DNA of 64,000 bases from an uncultured virus (IMG/VR IMGVR_UViG_3300008267_009160) (lineage: Duplodnaviria > Heunggongvirae > Uroviricota > Caudoviricetes). Shown piece after piece: positions 9,770 to 20,204 of the stretch. Position numbers and translations under genes: made by a program. The stretch is taken from IMG/VR virus record IMGVR_UViG_3300008267_009160, positions 1-64,000 of that record; one strand, written 5' to 3'. Under the pieces are notes generated by a model. The model made no database searches, was not told the origin of the DNA, and saw only the letters and a list, made by a program, of their open reading frames with translations. Position 1 is the stretch's first letter. Every line of letters starts with the position of its first letter.

Positions 9770-10572
9770 TATGCTCTACTTAATATGTTATCCACTACCT
9801 GTTTAAGTCTATCTAACAAAGTCATATAGGGTTTAGCTGCAAAATAATTTCTTTGTACAGAATCTAACCTATCAAAATAATCTTCTACTCTGAGATTATT
9901 TACTGTTGTGATCGCTTCATCTGCGGACTGTACGATGAAGAAGCCTTTTGTATCAAAAAAATCACATATATTACTGCAACCGTAATATACGGGAATTGTC
10001 TTAGTTATCAAACAGTCTATGATTTTTTCTGTAAAACAATTCTTCTGTGCCGTATTTTCAATACAGAGGTGAAACATAGAATTAAACATAGGTGTTTTTG
10101 TATCTCCTAAAACTTTATTTCCATATAGATTAGGAACACCGCCGTGTCTACTTATATAAAAATCTGTAGGTATCTGTATTTCAGGTTGCCTAAAATAAAT
10201 TTCTTTTCGTAGTCTGTGACCGTAGGTTATTTCTTTAAACCCTGTTAAATGAGATACTTGAAATTTTTTCTGGGTTGTTAGGTCATAATCCCATACCCAG
10301 GCTGTACCGAAAGCCATAAACCAGGCGTTAGGACAGTTTTGAAGAATTTCTTCATCGTACGTGATAATAGCGTCAAATAGCTTCGCATAGCTAATAGCTG
10401 TCTGCTTAAACCTGCTTATTTCTTCGACTTCTTTTACCCAGAGTATATTAAAGGTATCTGAGAATATTTCAACATTTTCTACTGTATCTACGAACAAGCG
10501 TACCGGTCTTTCAAATTCTATTTCTATTTCAGGCCAGGTATTATCAGTTGTACTATATAAGATTTGTTTCAT
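9769..10572 (-). CDS. GT10-like (fucosyltransferase-type) protein
   Basis: FHLCIEN...FTEKIIDCLITKTIPVYYG. Confidence 0.75.
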   Translation of the reverse strand: MKQILYSTTDNTWPEIEIEFERPVRLFVDTVENVEIFSDTFNILWVKEVEEISRFKQTAISYAKLFDAIITYDEEILQNCPNAWFMAFGTAWVWDYDLTTQKKFQVSHLTGFKEITYGHRLRKEIYFRQPEIQIPTDFYISRHGGVPNLYGNKVLGDTKTPMFNSMFHLCIENTAQKNCFTEKIIDCLITKTIPVYYGCSNICDFFDTKGFFIVQSADEAITTVNNLRVEDYFDRLDSVQRNYFAAKPYMTLLDRLKQVVDNILSRA

Positions 10573-11440
10573 GTAGAACTTCTTTTAGTTTTACTAACTT
10601 CTCTTCATCTATATTAATATCCGGTATATGTCGGTTGTAAAATAGTTTGTAGTATAGTGCAAACCTTTCTAATGCCCATTTTCCATACCCGGGATTAGTA
10701 TCTTGCATTCCTTTATTATATATTCTCATACCGGTACCTATACCTGCAAAATGAAACAGTAGCTCCCCAAAGTCCATATCGCTATTTAAATAGGAGTACT
10801 TATTTACCCTACCTCTTTCGTTACTTATACCTCCGACTAAGTCTTCGTTTAATATAGCAATCTTACCTCCGTTATGTAAAATATCAAAAGCGACTGGATC
10901 AAAGAAATCTAAAACAGGATGATTAAGAGGGTTGTAAATACCTTCTATCATTAAGGATAGTACTTCTGGTTTAAGATCAGATATCTTGTTCTTGTTAAAG
11001 CCGAAAAAATATGTCTGAGTAACATCTGAATATCCTCGTATGTTATCTATTCCGTTTAAATTATTTTTATAGCAACGGACTGGGCCAATAAGGTCGTACC
11101 CTTCTTCGATCTTATCGTAAATAAGACTTAAAGCTTCTTTTCTAAAAATAACATCACTGTCAATATGAATAATGTAATCATATTCTTTTGCATATTCTTT
11201 TATTACCTGAGTCCATATATAAGCTGTGCCTGCGTGTCCTCTAGAGTAATGAAAATGGACTGAGGGGTCGAGTACATGGTAGTCTGCGTTGGAAAAAATA
11301 CCAACTTCATTAAAATCAGTATTTATACCAAAAACATTAATTTTAGTTTTAGGGTGATACTTGTAGAAAGACTCTAAACATTTTCGAGCTACAAAACCAC
11401 AGCTGTAAGCTTCTGTGAAAAGAAATATTTTTTTATCCAT
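10553..11440 (-). CDS. nucleotide-diphospho-sugar transferase-like protein
   Basis: YIIHIDSDVIF DxD motif; likely start MDKKIF. Confidence 0.65.
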   Translation of the reverse strand: MDKKIFLFTEAYSCGFVARKCLESFYKYHPKTKINVFGINTDFNEVGIFSNADYHVLDPSVHFHYSRGHAGTAYIWTQVIKEYAKEYDYIIHIDSDVIFRKEALSLIYDKIEEGYDLIGPVRCYKNNLNGIDNIRGYSDVTQTYFFGFNKNKISDLKPEVLSLMIEGIYNPLNHPVLDFFDPVAFDILHNGGKIAILNEDLVGGISNERGRVNKYSYLNSDMDFGELLFHFAGIGTGMRIYNKGMQDTNPGYGKWALERFALYYKLFYNRHIPDINIDEEKLVKLKEVLHETNLI

Positions 11441-12335
11441 TTTTAAACAGATCGCTTTTATACTTAAGAAATGCAAGACGGTCTTCTAGCGGTAGAGATT
11501 GGTAGTAATGCCAAACTTCTCTCATAGCTCCTTCTAATGGATTGCTATTCCATACAGGGTCGTGATACATATGAAATACATCGATATGAGGATTATCTGC
11601 ATATTCAATATGTCCAATTTCATCAAGTACCTTACTCCAAAACATCTGATCCTCTACCGCGTAGCCCCAGAATATCTCAGGATCAAAACCTCCTACTCTA
11701 GTGAAAGCTTCTTTAGTTATTAAAATAGAGCCTCCTTTAGATCCTTTGAGCTGCGGTTCTGAAACCCAAGGAGGGTTATTTTGTAGTTCGTTATGATCTA
11801 GAGTAGCTTCCAGTAATCTTTCAGTCCACGACGGGTTTACATATAGCACGCATCTGCCACCAAAAGGTTGTAAGCATTGTACTTCTGGGTTTAAGTTTTT
11901 TTCTAATCTAAGAAAGAAGTCTTTCTTAACTATTATATCTAAATCATGTAGAAGATAGTACTTTGCTTTATTTGAATACTTAACTCCGAAGTTATAAGCA
12001 AAGCTGCGGCTATAAGTTGCGCGTACGTTACCGGGAGTGTAAATGTAATTAACATCACCAGTAAGCTTTTCTTCACTGTAAGGTGCAATATCGTGTTCAA
12101 CAAAAGTTAAAAGTATGTTAGTAAACCTATTACTTTCTGTTTTATTATCAAAGTAATATCTTATAGCTTCTTTGAAAGTTCTAACTGTTGTATCTAAAAA
12201 GTTATACCTTCCTTGAAAACCTACTATGACGTTTATGTCGCAATCTTCGTCACTGAGGAGTTTAATCTTTGAAAGAGTTTGTATCTCTGCATAATCAATT
12301 CTATTCTGATCTACTACTCTGTATAGTTCATTCAT
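11433..12335 (-). CDS. glycosyltransferase (GT2/GT7C-like)
   Basis: SRSFAYNFG, HDLDII, VGGFDPEIFWGYAVED. Confidence 0.75.
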   Translation of the reverse strand: MNELYRVVDQNRIDYAEIQTLSKIKLLSDEDCDINVIVGFQGRYNFLDTTVRTFKEAIRYYFDNKTESNRFTNILLTFVEHDIAPYSEEKLTGDVNYIYTPGNVRATYSRSFAYNFGVKYSNKAKYYLLHDLDIIVKKDFFLRLEKNLNPEVQCLQPFGGRCVLYVNPSWTERLLEATLDHNELQNNPPWVSEPQLKGSKGGSILITKEAFTRVGGFDPEIFWGYAVEDQMFWSKVLDEIGHIEYADNPHIDVFHMYHDPVWNSNPLEGAMREVWHYYQSLPLEDRLAFLKYKSDLFKNG

Positions 12336-13089
12336 CTTCGTATAATTTTTCTAAAGGAGTATATACAGGCATATTCTGAATAACACGATCTACTCTCTTT
12401 ATCTCTTCCTGTAGATACTTTGATTCATTATAAGGATTTTCTACATTGTAGACATACAGTATCTCGGGAATATATTGACTTTTATCTATACCGCACATCT
12501 CTAACATAGGATATTGAAATACTCTATCTCCAGATAATGCGAAATGTTCTCCAGTATCCGGATCTATAAAGTCTTCAGATTTTATCTTTAAAAATAACTC
12601 TCGTTTGAAAGTCCTTAAGTGTGATCCTAACCAGGTATATGTTCTAAATGTTCTTAACGCCCTAACTGTTAAAGGATACTCTCTATAGTGGTATGTTACA
12701 TCTCTATAAGGATATTCTTCGTACGTGCCGTAAGTCATCCAACACCCGGTTTCTACATACTCTTTATTTACTCTCTGTAAAACTCCTGAATGCGGAAACC
12801 AGTCATCACCATCTAAAGTAACAATTATAGATCTAGCAGGTGCTAACTCGACTGCTAGACGGTAATTCTCTACTTGGTACTTTCGAGTCTCGTTACGTAT
12901 TACTCTTAGATTTTTATTTCTAGATTCAAACTCTTTGACTATTTCAAAGCTTCCATCGTCTGAGCAGGCGTCTATGTACAATATATTAAACGACGGGTAG
13001 TCTTGCTCTAATGCGCTAGTTAAAGATTTTTTTACATAACCGATTACATTTCGAGCTGCTATAACAATAGTCACGTGGTTATATGTCAT
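12328..13089 (-). CDS. glycosyltransferase family 2
   Basis: IDACSDDGS, LDGDDW. Confidence 0.85.
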   Translation of the reverse strand: MTYNHVTIVIAARNVIGYVKKSLTSALEQDYPSFNILYIDACSDDGSFEIVKEFESRNKNLRVIRNETRKYQVENYRLAVELAPARSIIVTLDGDDWFPHSGVLQRVNKEYVETGCWMTYGTYEEYPYRDVTYHYREYPLTVRALRTFRTYTWLGSHLRTFKRELFLKIKSEDFIDPDTGEHFALSGDRVFQYPMLEMCGIDKSQYIPEILYVYNVENPYNESKYLQEEIKRVDRVIQNMPVYTPLEKLYEDE

Positions 13090-14047
13090 ACTGCCAGTAT
13101 TCGATCATTTCCTGCAACATCGTTTCAAAAGTATACTTAGGCTTCCAACCTGTCCGCTCTCTTAGTTTTGTTGCGTCACCTTTTAGGTTATTCAGTTCTT
13201 CCGGTCTTAAAAACTTTTCATGCGTTACAACATACTCTCTATAATCAAGACCTAATTCGCTAAATACAAAATCGCACAGCTCGGCTACTGAATGAGATAT
13301 TCCGGTAGCACATACAAAGTCGTCTGGCTGGTCTAGTTGTAGAATTGAATGCATAGCTTCCACGTAATCTTTAGCATGTCCCCAATCTCGGGTTGCTTGT
13401 AAGTTACCTAGTACTAACTTATCTGATTTACCTTGTTTAATCCTGACAGCTTCTTTGCATACTTTATTTGTAACAAAATTTGTACCGCGGCGAGGCGATT
13501 CGTGGTTAAACAGTATACCGTTTGAGATATACATGCCGTAAGAATTTCTATAATTTCTAGCTATGTTATAGCCAAATACCTTAGCACAGCCGTAAGGAGA
13601 TACTGGATGCAAAGGGGTAGTTTCTCTCTGGTATCCATCAGCATCAATTGAGTTGCCGAACATTTCTGAGGAGGATGCTTGGTATATTTTTATCTTAGGG
13701 TTAATTTCTTTTACTGCTTCTAATAGATTTAAAACGCTTAGTCCTGTTGCATTAGCTGTATAAAGGGGCTGGTCAAAAGAGATACGTACGTGAGACTGAG
13801 CAGCTAGATTATAAATTTCATCAGGCTGTACTTTATTTATTACTCTATACAAAGAAGCGATATCAGTCATATCAGCGTAATGCAGTCTAATAAGTCCGAA
13901 AACTTTATCGAGTCTTGCTGTTTGATTCTCAGCTACAGAATTTCTCTTAAGTATTCCGTGAACGTGGTATCCTAATTCAAGCAAATACTCTGCAAGGTAA
14001 GAACCATCCTGTCCGTTTATTCCTGTAATTAAAGCTGTTTTATTCAT
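13079..14047 (-). CDS. gmd: GDP-mannose 4,6-dehydratase
   Basis: ALITGINGQDGSYLAE, YNLAAQSHV, YQASSSEMFG, FNHESPRRG, RDWGHAKDYV. Confidence 0.97.
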   Translation of the reverse strand: MNKTALITGINGQDGSYLAEYLLELGYHVHGILKRNSVAENQTARLDKVFGLIRLHYADMTDIASLYRVINKVQPDEIYNLAAQSHVRISFDQPLYTANATGLSVLNLLEAVKEINPKIKIYQASSSEMFGNSIDADGYQRETTPLHPVSPYGCAKVFGYNIARNYRNSYGMYISNGILFNHESPRRGTNFVTNKVCKEAVRIKQGKSDKLVLGNLQATRDWGHAKDYVEAMHSILQLDQPDDFVCATGISHSVAELCDFVFSELGLDYREYVVTHEKFLRPEELNNLKGDATKLRERTGWKPKYTFETMLQEMIEYWQYDI

Positions 14048-15200
14048 TATCGTTAACTATTTTAGATATTAACTCAATCTCCTGTTCTGATAGATCTTGA
14101 TGATTAGGTAAGTAAAAGCCTTGTTGGTGTAGTAATTCACAGTTAGGAAGATCTACTGGTTGGTAGTATGATTTCCAGAAAGGCTGTCTAGCCATTGAGC
14201 CAGCAATAAGGGGTCTTACTTCTATCTTAGCTTCTCTCAATGCCTGTACTATCTTCTCTCGGCTAGGACTGACTACCGGATAGGCAAAATTAGAAATTAA
14301 ATCACTATCTTGTACTTCTAAGGATAGTTTATTGTGTCTGATTAAATGCTTGTAGTATCTGAAATTTCTCTGTCTTTTAACTTTTATATCATCTAGTTTA
14401 CCTATTTGACGTAGTCCTAAGAAAGCTTGTAGGTCTGTTGCTCTAAGGTTAAAACCCGGGTAGTAGAAAGTGTATTGAGCATCAAAATCGGAAATGTTAT
14501 GTCCGTTTCTTAAATGTGCTTGTTCAGAAGGTTCTAAATCTCTATCCCATCCGTGATTTCTCATCATTAAAGATACCCCGGCTAAGAATCTATTATTTGT
14601 ACATACAAAACCTCCTTCTATGGTGGACAGGTGGTGGCCGTAGTATAAACTAAATACAGACATTTCACCAAAGGTTCCTAGCTTTTTGCCTTTGTATTCC
14701 GATCCCATTGATTCGCAAACATCTTCTAATAGCACTACATCGTGTTTTTTACATAGAGCTAGAATAGCATCCATATCAGGAACAAATCCTAAAACGTGTA
14801 CTAGTATAAATGCTGCAGGTTTATGTGTTTTAAATAATTTTTCTAGGTGAGTTAAGTCTACAGCTAAGTTTTCAAGATTACAATCACATAGTATAGGGCG
14901 AAGTCCTAGTTGAGTACAGGAAGTTACATCTGTTATCCAAGACAAGCCTGGAACTATGATCTTATCGTTCTTTAACTTTGCAGTATGTTTTAAGACTGAT
15001 AGCATCAACAACAAGGCTGATGAGCCAGAGTTTACATACGTTGTGTATTTTACTCCTAGGTACTCGGACCATTCTGCTTCTAATTGTCTAGTTAAAGGTC
15101 CTTTAGTTAATTGAGGTGTAGGATTTTGCTGTAGCCATCCTACTAAAGCATCTATATCGCTTCTATCTATAGTATCTGAGACTAGTTTAACTGGTTGCAT
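14040..15200 (-). CDS. PLP-dependent DegT/DnrJ-family enzyme, ColD-like GDP-4-keto-6-deoxymannose 3-dehydratase
   Basis: VNSGSSA, LLEDVCESMG, SLYYGHHLSTIEGG (His at the catalytic Lys position), HGWDR. Confidence 0.8.
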   Translation of the reverse strand: MQPVKLVSDTIDRSDIDALVGWLQQNPTPQLTKGPLTRQLEAEWSEYLGVKYTTYVNSGSSALLLMLSVLKHTAKLKNDKIIVPGLSWITDVTSCTQLGLRPILCDCNLENLAVDLTHLEKLFKTHKPAAFILVHVLGFVPDMDAILALCKKHDVVLLEDVCESMGSEYKGKKLGTFGEMSVFSLYYGHHLSTIEGGFVCTNNRFLAGVSLMMRNHGWDRDLEPSEQAHLRNGHNISDFDAQYTFYYPGFNLRATDLQAFLGLRQIGKLDDIKVKRQRNFRYYKHLIRHNKLSLEVQDSDLISNFAYPVVSPSREKIVQALREAKIEVRPLIAGSMARQPFWKSYYQPVDLPNCELLHQQGFYLPNHQDLSEQEIELISKIVNDNE

Positions 15201-15211
15201 ATAAAGTTTAT

Positions 15212-15880
15212 TTAGTACTTTAGTAAATGTCTACTATCTGTTACTTTCATTTCTATATCAGAATAGTCAGCTTTTTGCCAAGCTAATGCTGGGTAGAAGG
15301 AGTATGTAGGTACTACTGAATGTAGTAATGCTAGCCATACATCGGCGCTAACTACGTTAGTGTATGTAATAGGAGGAGTCATCTCGAGAATTCTGAGTAG
15401 GTGGTATTCTAAATTGTAATGTATGTACTCAAAAGCTTCTTTCCTGTAGCCTATTGCATGAGTAGATAAACTACTTTTACACCTTAAAATATTAGGGTGT
15501 TCTGTTGTATACACTCCGTTGCTGTGATTACCTCCGAAATATAACATACCCCAGTCGCCGGGTACTTGTTCGATATACTCAGCGAAACGTTGGTTAAAGT
15601 CTTCCGGAAATTCAACATCATCTTCTAAGAGCAGTACATTGCCTGCGCCCTCTGCAATTAGCTTATTAAAGAAGCCGACAAAACTATCTAGGTGAGCTAC
15701 ATTAGCTCTATATCTCTGCTCATACTCCGTATCAATAAAAATATCTTTCCAATCGGTAGCTGAATATCTTTCAACTAAGAGATTGTGTTTTTTAAAAACC
15801 TCTTGGGAAGTTTCCCATCTATCTGTTCTCCTATCTAGATTAAGGCAGTATGTTTTATCAAAAAACTGATTAGGTGTCAT
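15212..15880 (-). CDS. glycosyltransferase family 25
   Basis: YCLNLDRRTDRW, LLLEDDV, STHAIGY. Confidence 0.82.
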   Translation of the reverse strand: MTPNQFFDKTYCLNLDRRTDRWETSQEVFKKHNLLVERYSATDWKDIFIDTEYEQRYRANVAHLDSFVGFFNKLIAEGAGNVLLLEDDVEFPEDFNQRFAEYIEQVPGDWGMLYFGGNHSNGVYTTEHPNILRCKSSLSTHAIGYRKEAFEYIHYNLEYHLLRILEMTPPITYTNVVSADVWLALLHSVVPTYSFYPALAWQKADYSDIEMKVTDSRHLLKY

Positions 15881-16512
15881 AACGTGCTGTATAGTTCGTT
15901 CTGTTTTTCTTGGCGTTCAATAGTCTTAGGATGTATTAAATCATACCCTTCTGGAAGGTAGCTTGCTTCTCTTGCTCCGACTATACGTTCATGCACTTTA
16001 TTTACCCAGCCAATCTCAGAAGTATTCTTAAGTATACGTGTCTGATAATCAGGGTAGTTAACCCATCCATTTTCATTAACATACCATCTCCACTTCAGTA
16101 TATGTTCTTGAGTCAATCCTTCTACTGTATTAATTCTAGGAACAGCATAGAGTTCAACACTAGGGTTAAGTTCCAGTATCTCTGGCAAGGCCGTTAATAG
16201 CTCTTCGGAAGGGTATTCATCAGCGTCTATTTGAAAAATGTAATCTTTAGTACAGCGTCTTTTTAGGTTATTTTTATATGCTGAAAAGTCTTTATTTAAA
16301 GGATAGAAAGTTAGCTTTACGTTGCTGTAGATATTATCTCTAGAATCAGCTAACTGTTTCATAACTTTCTGAACTTCAACAGTAGTGTTCTTTTCATCTG
16401 CTTGTACGACAAGTTCATCTTCTTCTCTCAAAAAGGGTAGGAGTATTTTTCCTAACCTCTCTAATTCCCTATGTTCATTACAAACGGTTACTGCGTAGGA
16501 GATACTAGGCAT
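15877..16512 (-). CDS. glycosyltransferase family 2
   Basis: DFSAYKN, FQIDADE, PDYQTRI, NKVHERI. Confidence 0.82.
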   Translation of the reverse strand: MPSISYAVTVCNEHRELERLGKILLPFLREEDELVVQADEKNTTVEVQKVMKQLADSRDNIYSNVKLTFYPLNKDFSAYKNNLKRRCTKDYIFQIDADEYPSEELLTALPEILELNPSVELYAVPRINTVEGLTQEHILKWRWYVNENGWVNYPDYQTRILKNTSEIGWVNKVHERIVGAREASYLPEGYDLIHPKTIERQEKQNELYSTL

Positions 16513-16515
16513 CTT

Positions 16516-16968
16516 TTAAGGTTTGAAGTTGAAAACACCCACATAATCGCAAGCTTCTATAAAGTCTGTTCCGAAAAGCTTAAGCGTTTTTGTATCGCTT
16601 AAGTGTGTTATGTTCTTCTTAGCGTACTTTTCTTTTTCTTCTGCGGTTAATTCTCTAACCAATATACCTGCCCACTGCCAGTCTTCTGAATTAACTCCGT
16701 TAATAAACACTGTTCCTTTTTCCGGAATATTAATAGTAGACGGATACCATTTGCGTCCATCAGAGTCGATCTTTGCTAGGTCCTTATAAAGCTCTGGGTA
16801 TCCGATTTCGAGTTCCTCAAAGTCGAATTCTCCTACTCTCATTAAATCTGTTGTGTTATAACCACACCCCCAGCAAAAATAGCTATTAGCAAATTCACTA
16901 ATGGGAGCTATATAACATGCATCGCATTCGCATAGAGGACAGTGTCCTAAATTATCTCTACTTGTCAT
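16516..16968 (-). CDS. hypothetical Zn-binding protein
   Basis: CPLC and CWGC motifs. Confidence 0.7.
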   Translation of the reverse strand: MTSRDNLGHCPLCECDACYIAPISEFANSYFCWGCGYNTTDLMRVGEFDFEELEIGYPELYKDLAKIDSDGRKWYPSTINIPEKGTVFINGVNSEDWQWAGILVRELTAEEKEKYAKKNITHLSDTKTLKLFGTDFIEACDYVGVFNFKP

Positions 16969-17186
16969 AGTATTCTTTCTTCTGTTGTTGTATAACTATT
17001 AAATACAGGAATTTCTGTGTGATTTACAACTCCTGCGGGGTACCCTGGTATATAAGGAATGTTGCTAGGAGTGCTTATTTCATTGAGTTCCTCCATTATT
17101 AGTTCCCAATCCTCGGTACTAATTTCACCTTCTCGCTTAGCTGCTGCGAAGCCTTTAAGCCATGTTACGAATTCACTACTTGTCAT
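16965..17186 (-). CDS. hypothetical protein
   Basis: MTSSEFVTWLKGF small phage ORF. Confidence 0.65.
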   Translation of the reverse strand: MTSSEFVTWLKGFAAAKREGEISTEDWELIMEELNEISTPSNIPYIPGYPAGVVNHTEIPVFNSYTTTEERIL

Positions 17187-18498
17187 TGCTTGTTGCTTTT
17201 GTAAGTTTTGGAATATTGAGTGTTGGCATTTTAGGGAGAACTAAAGCTTGAAACTTCGGAGCTTTCTCGTTCAAGAACTTATTTAAGAGCTCCGACATTG
17301 CATCAAAGCTAAACTCTTTTTTTGCTTTATAGGCTTGTCGTTTAGCTAGGTCCAAGTACTTATCGTAGTTTTCATATAGTTCTAACATCATTTGATTAGT
17401 CTGAAGAGGGTCTGGTGCAAACCAGGATGCTTCGGCTATAATGGTGTTTTCTACGACTGCGCTTGGATGTACTTTAGTTAAACTACCGGACAATAGAAAA
17501 GTAAATTTAGGGTCTAGAAAATCTGTATGACCAGACCAACCGCTTGCTATAATAGGTTTTTTAACTTGAGTAAATTCAAGAAGGGGTCTTCCAAATCCTT
17601 CCCCTTTTGTGAAGTTAAGCATTGCTTTGACTTTAGGGTGGTTGTAGAGGTAATTAATCTCCTCCTCAGGCAGGTCTCCATATAGTAAATATATTCTAGG
17701 CAAATCTCCCTGTACTACATTTTGAATTTCAGAAAGTCTGCTAAGTATAACGTCTCTGTCAACAATGCTTGCACCGCTCATAGCAGTTTTCAAAATCAAG
17801 GCTGGTTTGTTCTTTCTATTTTTAAAAGTTTCTAAGAAAGCTTTTACCATGTAGCCTACATTTTTTCTATCCTCGTTTATGGAACCGGGTAGCCAATGCC
17901 CGACGAATAGGTAGCAGAAATCTTCTTCGATACTGTCTAAATCCTCTATTAATTCTGTTGCAGGGAGATCTGCATCCTCTATGGAGTAGTATTTATTAAG
18001 ATCAACTCCTTCAAATAAAACTTCAACTGGGACTTTTAATTCGATAACACCTGTGGTCTGATCTTGTTTATTTCTGATTTCTGCTCTAGAATTTACAAAA
18101 ACATTCTTAGCATGATTAGAAGAAACCAATACTAGGTTCATTCTATTACAACCTTCTATCCAAGAAGGATGACATATGTTAGTTTCAATCCCTGCCGTGA
18201 CTCCACAGTTCCATTTGCCTACAGGTTGAAACTCAGTCGGAATTGTAATTTGAAACCAGTAGTCCGGCTGTTTAGGAAGTTGGTTACCTGCCAACATATA
18301 CTTTTTCATCCATCCCCATTCTTGTTCGTGGTCTGATAAGTATCCGAAAGGTAAAGCACCCCATCTTTGAGACATGATTTTAATTTCCCATTCTTCTCCT
18401 TTCTCTTTTATTAGAGCTTTAATAAAATCTCTAGCACGAGCTCCATATCCGGAGTACGTATCTGGTGGAGCAGAAACTACGCATAACGGTTTATTCAT
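17176..18498 (-). CDS. glycosyltransferase (GT4-like)
   Basis: SGYGARARD, DRKNVG, TKGEGFGRPLLEF, SGWSGHTDFL. Confidence 0.85.
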   Translation of the reverse strand: MNKPLCVVSAPPDTYSGYGARARDFIKALIKEKGEEWEIKIMSQRWGALPFGYLSDHEQEWGWMKKYMLAGNQLPKQPDYWFQITIPTEFQPVGKWNCGVTAGIETNICHPSWIEGCNRMNLVLVSSNHAKNVFVNSRAEIRNKQDQTTGVIELKVPVEVLFEGVDLNKYYSIEDADLPATELIEDLDSIEEDFCYLFVGHWLPGSINEDRKNVGYMVKAFLETFKNRKNKPALILKTAMSGASIVDRDVILSRLSEIQNVVQGDLPRIYLLYGDLPEEEINYLYNHPKVKAMLNFTKGEGFGRPLLEFTQVKKPIIASGWSGHTDFLDPKFTFLLSGSLTKVHPSAVVENTIIAEASWFAPDPLQTNQMMLELYENYDKYLDLAKRQAYKAKKEFSFDAMSELLNKFLNEKAPKFQALVLPKMPTLNIPKLTKATSNDK

Positions 18499-18499
18499 A

Positions 18500-19942
18500 T
18501 TAGTAAATTAATTTGTGTGTTAGTTTTTTTCGAGGTAATTTAGCAGCATGTATAAGTTCATGTTGCTTTCTAGGTTTCCATGTCTTTAATGTTTCTTCTA
18601 CTCCTTCTATAATATTCTCTCCCATAAGCTCACCTGACATCATAGCTTCTCTAGAGGTAGCCCATTCACGGCCTTTTAAACCTCTTCTTACTCTTTCTTC
18701 AGAGTCAAGGTTGTAACACTCCTCCATTGCTTGTGCTAAGTCTCTAAAGTCAGCCCTATCGTCCCAAATGTAGGGTGTTGCTAGAGATCCCACCATTGAA
18801 GAGTTAGAAGGAAATACCGGTATAGCCCATTCACCACATTCCTTATACGTACCGAAATGGTTAGAGCAAAAATTCTCATTAAAGTCAATCCACTTACCAT
18901 TCTCATCAACAAACCTCATCTGGTCTTGCATACCACCTGTTACAGTTGCTATAAACATCTTACCGCACATCATCGCTTCAGTTAAAGAGAGACCCCATCC
19001 TTCGTTACTAGAAGGAAGACAGACAGCATCGACGCTGTTGTATAGGTACTTCATGTCTGCAGGAGCGTATTTCGCCGGTGTAAATTCTACATTAGTGTGT
19101 TCTGGGTCGCAAAGTAATTCTTTAACTGCTAGGAGGTCTGTACCGTTTTGATCTAGAGGGTCTGTGTGTAGTAGGAGTAAACATTTTTTTGCTTTCTCTT
19201 TTCCTATCTTTTCGCAGAAGACAGTGTAGCCAGCTATAAGATCTGAGGGACTCTTTCTTCTAATATTTCTAGAATTGTATAAAAATACGAAATCGTATTG
19301 CTTATCTTTAAAAAGATTCTTTTTGAATTCTTCAAGCTTTTTAAACTCTTCTTCGTTGTTCTGGTCAATAGGGATAAACATCTTAGAATTTATACCGTGA
19401 GGTACATACTTCAACACTTTATCCTTTGTTTTCTCTCCTAAGACTAGCTTGTTTATATTTAAAGTTTGCTTTGATATAGCAAATAAAGCGTCGCAGGATT
19501 CGTAAAAAGATTTATTATATAGCGGAGCAGGCAGATCATCCCAGATGTTTAAGTACATCATCGGAATTTTCTTTCTAATTTCGCTCTCTATTGCAAATAA
19601 CCAACCCCAGTATCTAGGATCTGTAAAAAAGATTATACCGTCTGGTCTTTCTCTATCGATAAGAAATCGTATCAGATCTGCGTTGCCATATCCATTAGTC
19701 GGGTATATAAGACCTGATGCGTCTGGAATGTTAGCGTTTTGACTTAAGTCCTGAGATATATCAATTACTTTTTGCTTATCTGGATGCTCTATCGCAGCAC
19801 CTAGTTGAACCCAGTTAAAACGGTGACAGGTTTGAACTACTAGCTCTCGAGACATAGTAGCAATTCCTGAATGAAGTCTTAGATCGTCTGATAAAAGTAG
19901 TAGTTTCTTTCTTTTTTCTTTTGGAATGTAACCTTCTCTCAT
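18500..19942 (-). CDS. glycosyltransferase family 4
   Basis: VPHGIN, RNIRRK, PSSNEGWGLSLTEAMMCG. Confidence 0.88.
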   Translation of the reverse strand: MREGYIPKEKRKKLLLLSDDLRLHSGIATMSRELVVQTCHRFNWVQLGAAIEHPDKQKVIDISQDLSQNANIPDASGLIYPTNGYGNADLIRFLIDRERPDGIIFFTDPRYWGWLFAIESEIRKKIPMMYLNIWDDLPAPLYNKSFYESCDALFAISKQTLNINKLVLGEKTKDKVLKYVPHGINSKMFIPIDQNNEEEFKKLEEFKKNLFKDKQYDFVFLYNSRNIRRKSPSDLIAGYTVFCEKIGKEKAKKCLLLLHTDPLDQNGTDLLAVKELLCDPEHTNVEFTPAKYAPADMKYLYNSVDAVCLPSSNEGWGLSLTEAMMCGKMFIATVTGGMQDQMRFVDENGKWIDFNENFCSNHFGTYKECGEWAIPVFPSNSSMVGSLATPYIWDDRADFRDLAQAMEECYNLDSEERVRRGLKGREWATSREAMMSGELMGENIIEGVEETLKTWKPRKQHELIHAAKLPRKKLTHKLIY

Positions 19943-19954
19943 AAACTAATTTAA

Positions 19955-20158
19955 TTACTTAACTTTTGATTCTTGTGGAAGCTGTAAATGATTGTGTGTT
20001 AATATTTGTTTTCTGAATTCTTCATCTGTTAAAAATAAATGTATACACCTGTCTGTTAATTTCTGAAGTGAAAATTTATGGCGTATGCAGAGTATTTTAA
20101 ATTCTTGAAATAAATCAGCGTCAACTTTAACACTGGTTAATTGTTGTTTCGTACTCAT
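19955..20158 (-). CDS. ribbon-helix-helix-like DNA-binding protein
   Basis: Likely start MSTKQQ; LTSVKVD strand followed by two helices. Confidence 0.6.
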   Translation of the reverse strand: MSTKQQLTSVKVDADLFQEFKILCIRHKFSLQKLTDRCIHLFLTDEEFRKQILTHNHLQLPQESKVK

Positions 20159-20204
20159 ATACTTGTTTATAAATAAATATATAAATACAGAGAAAAACAA
20201 TCAA

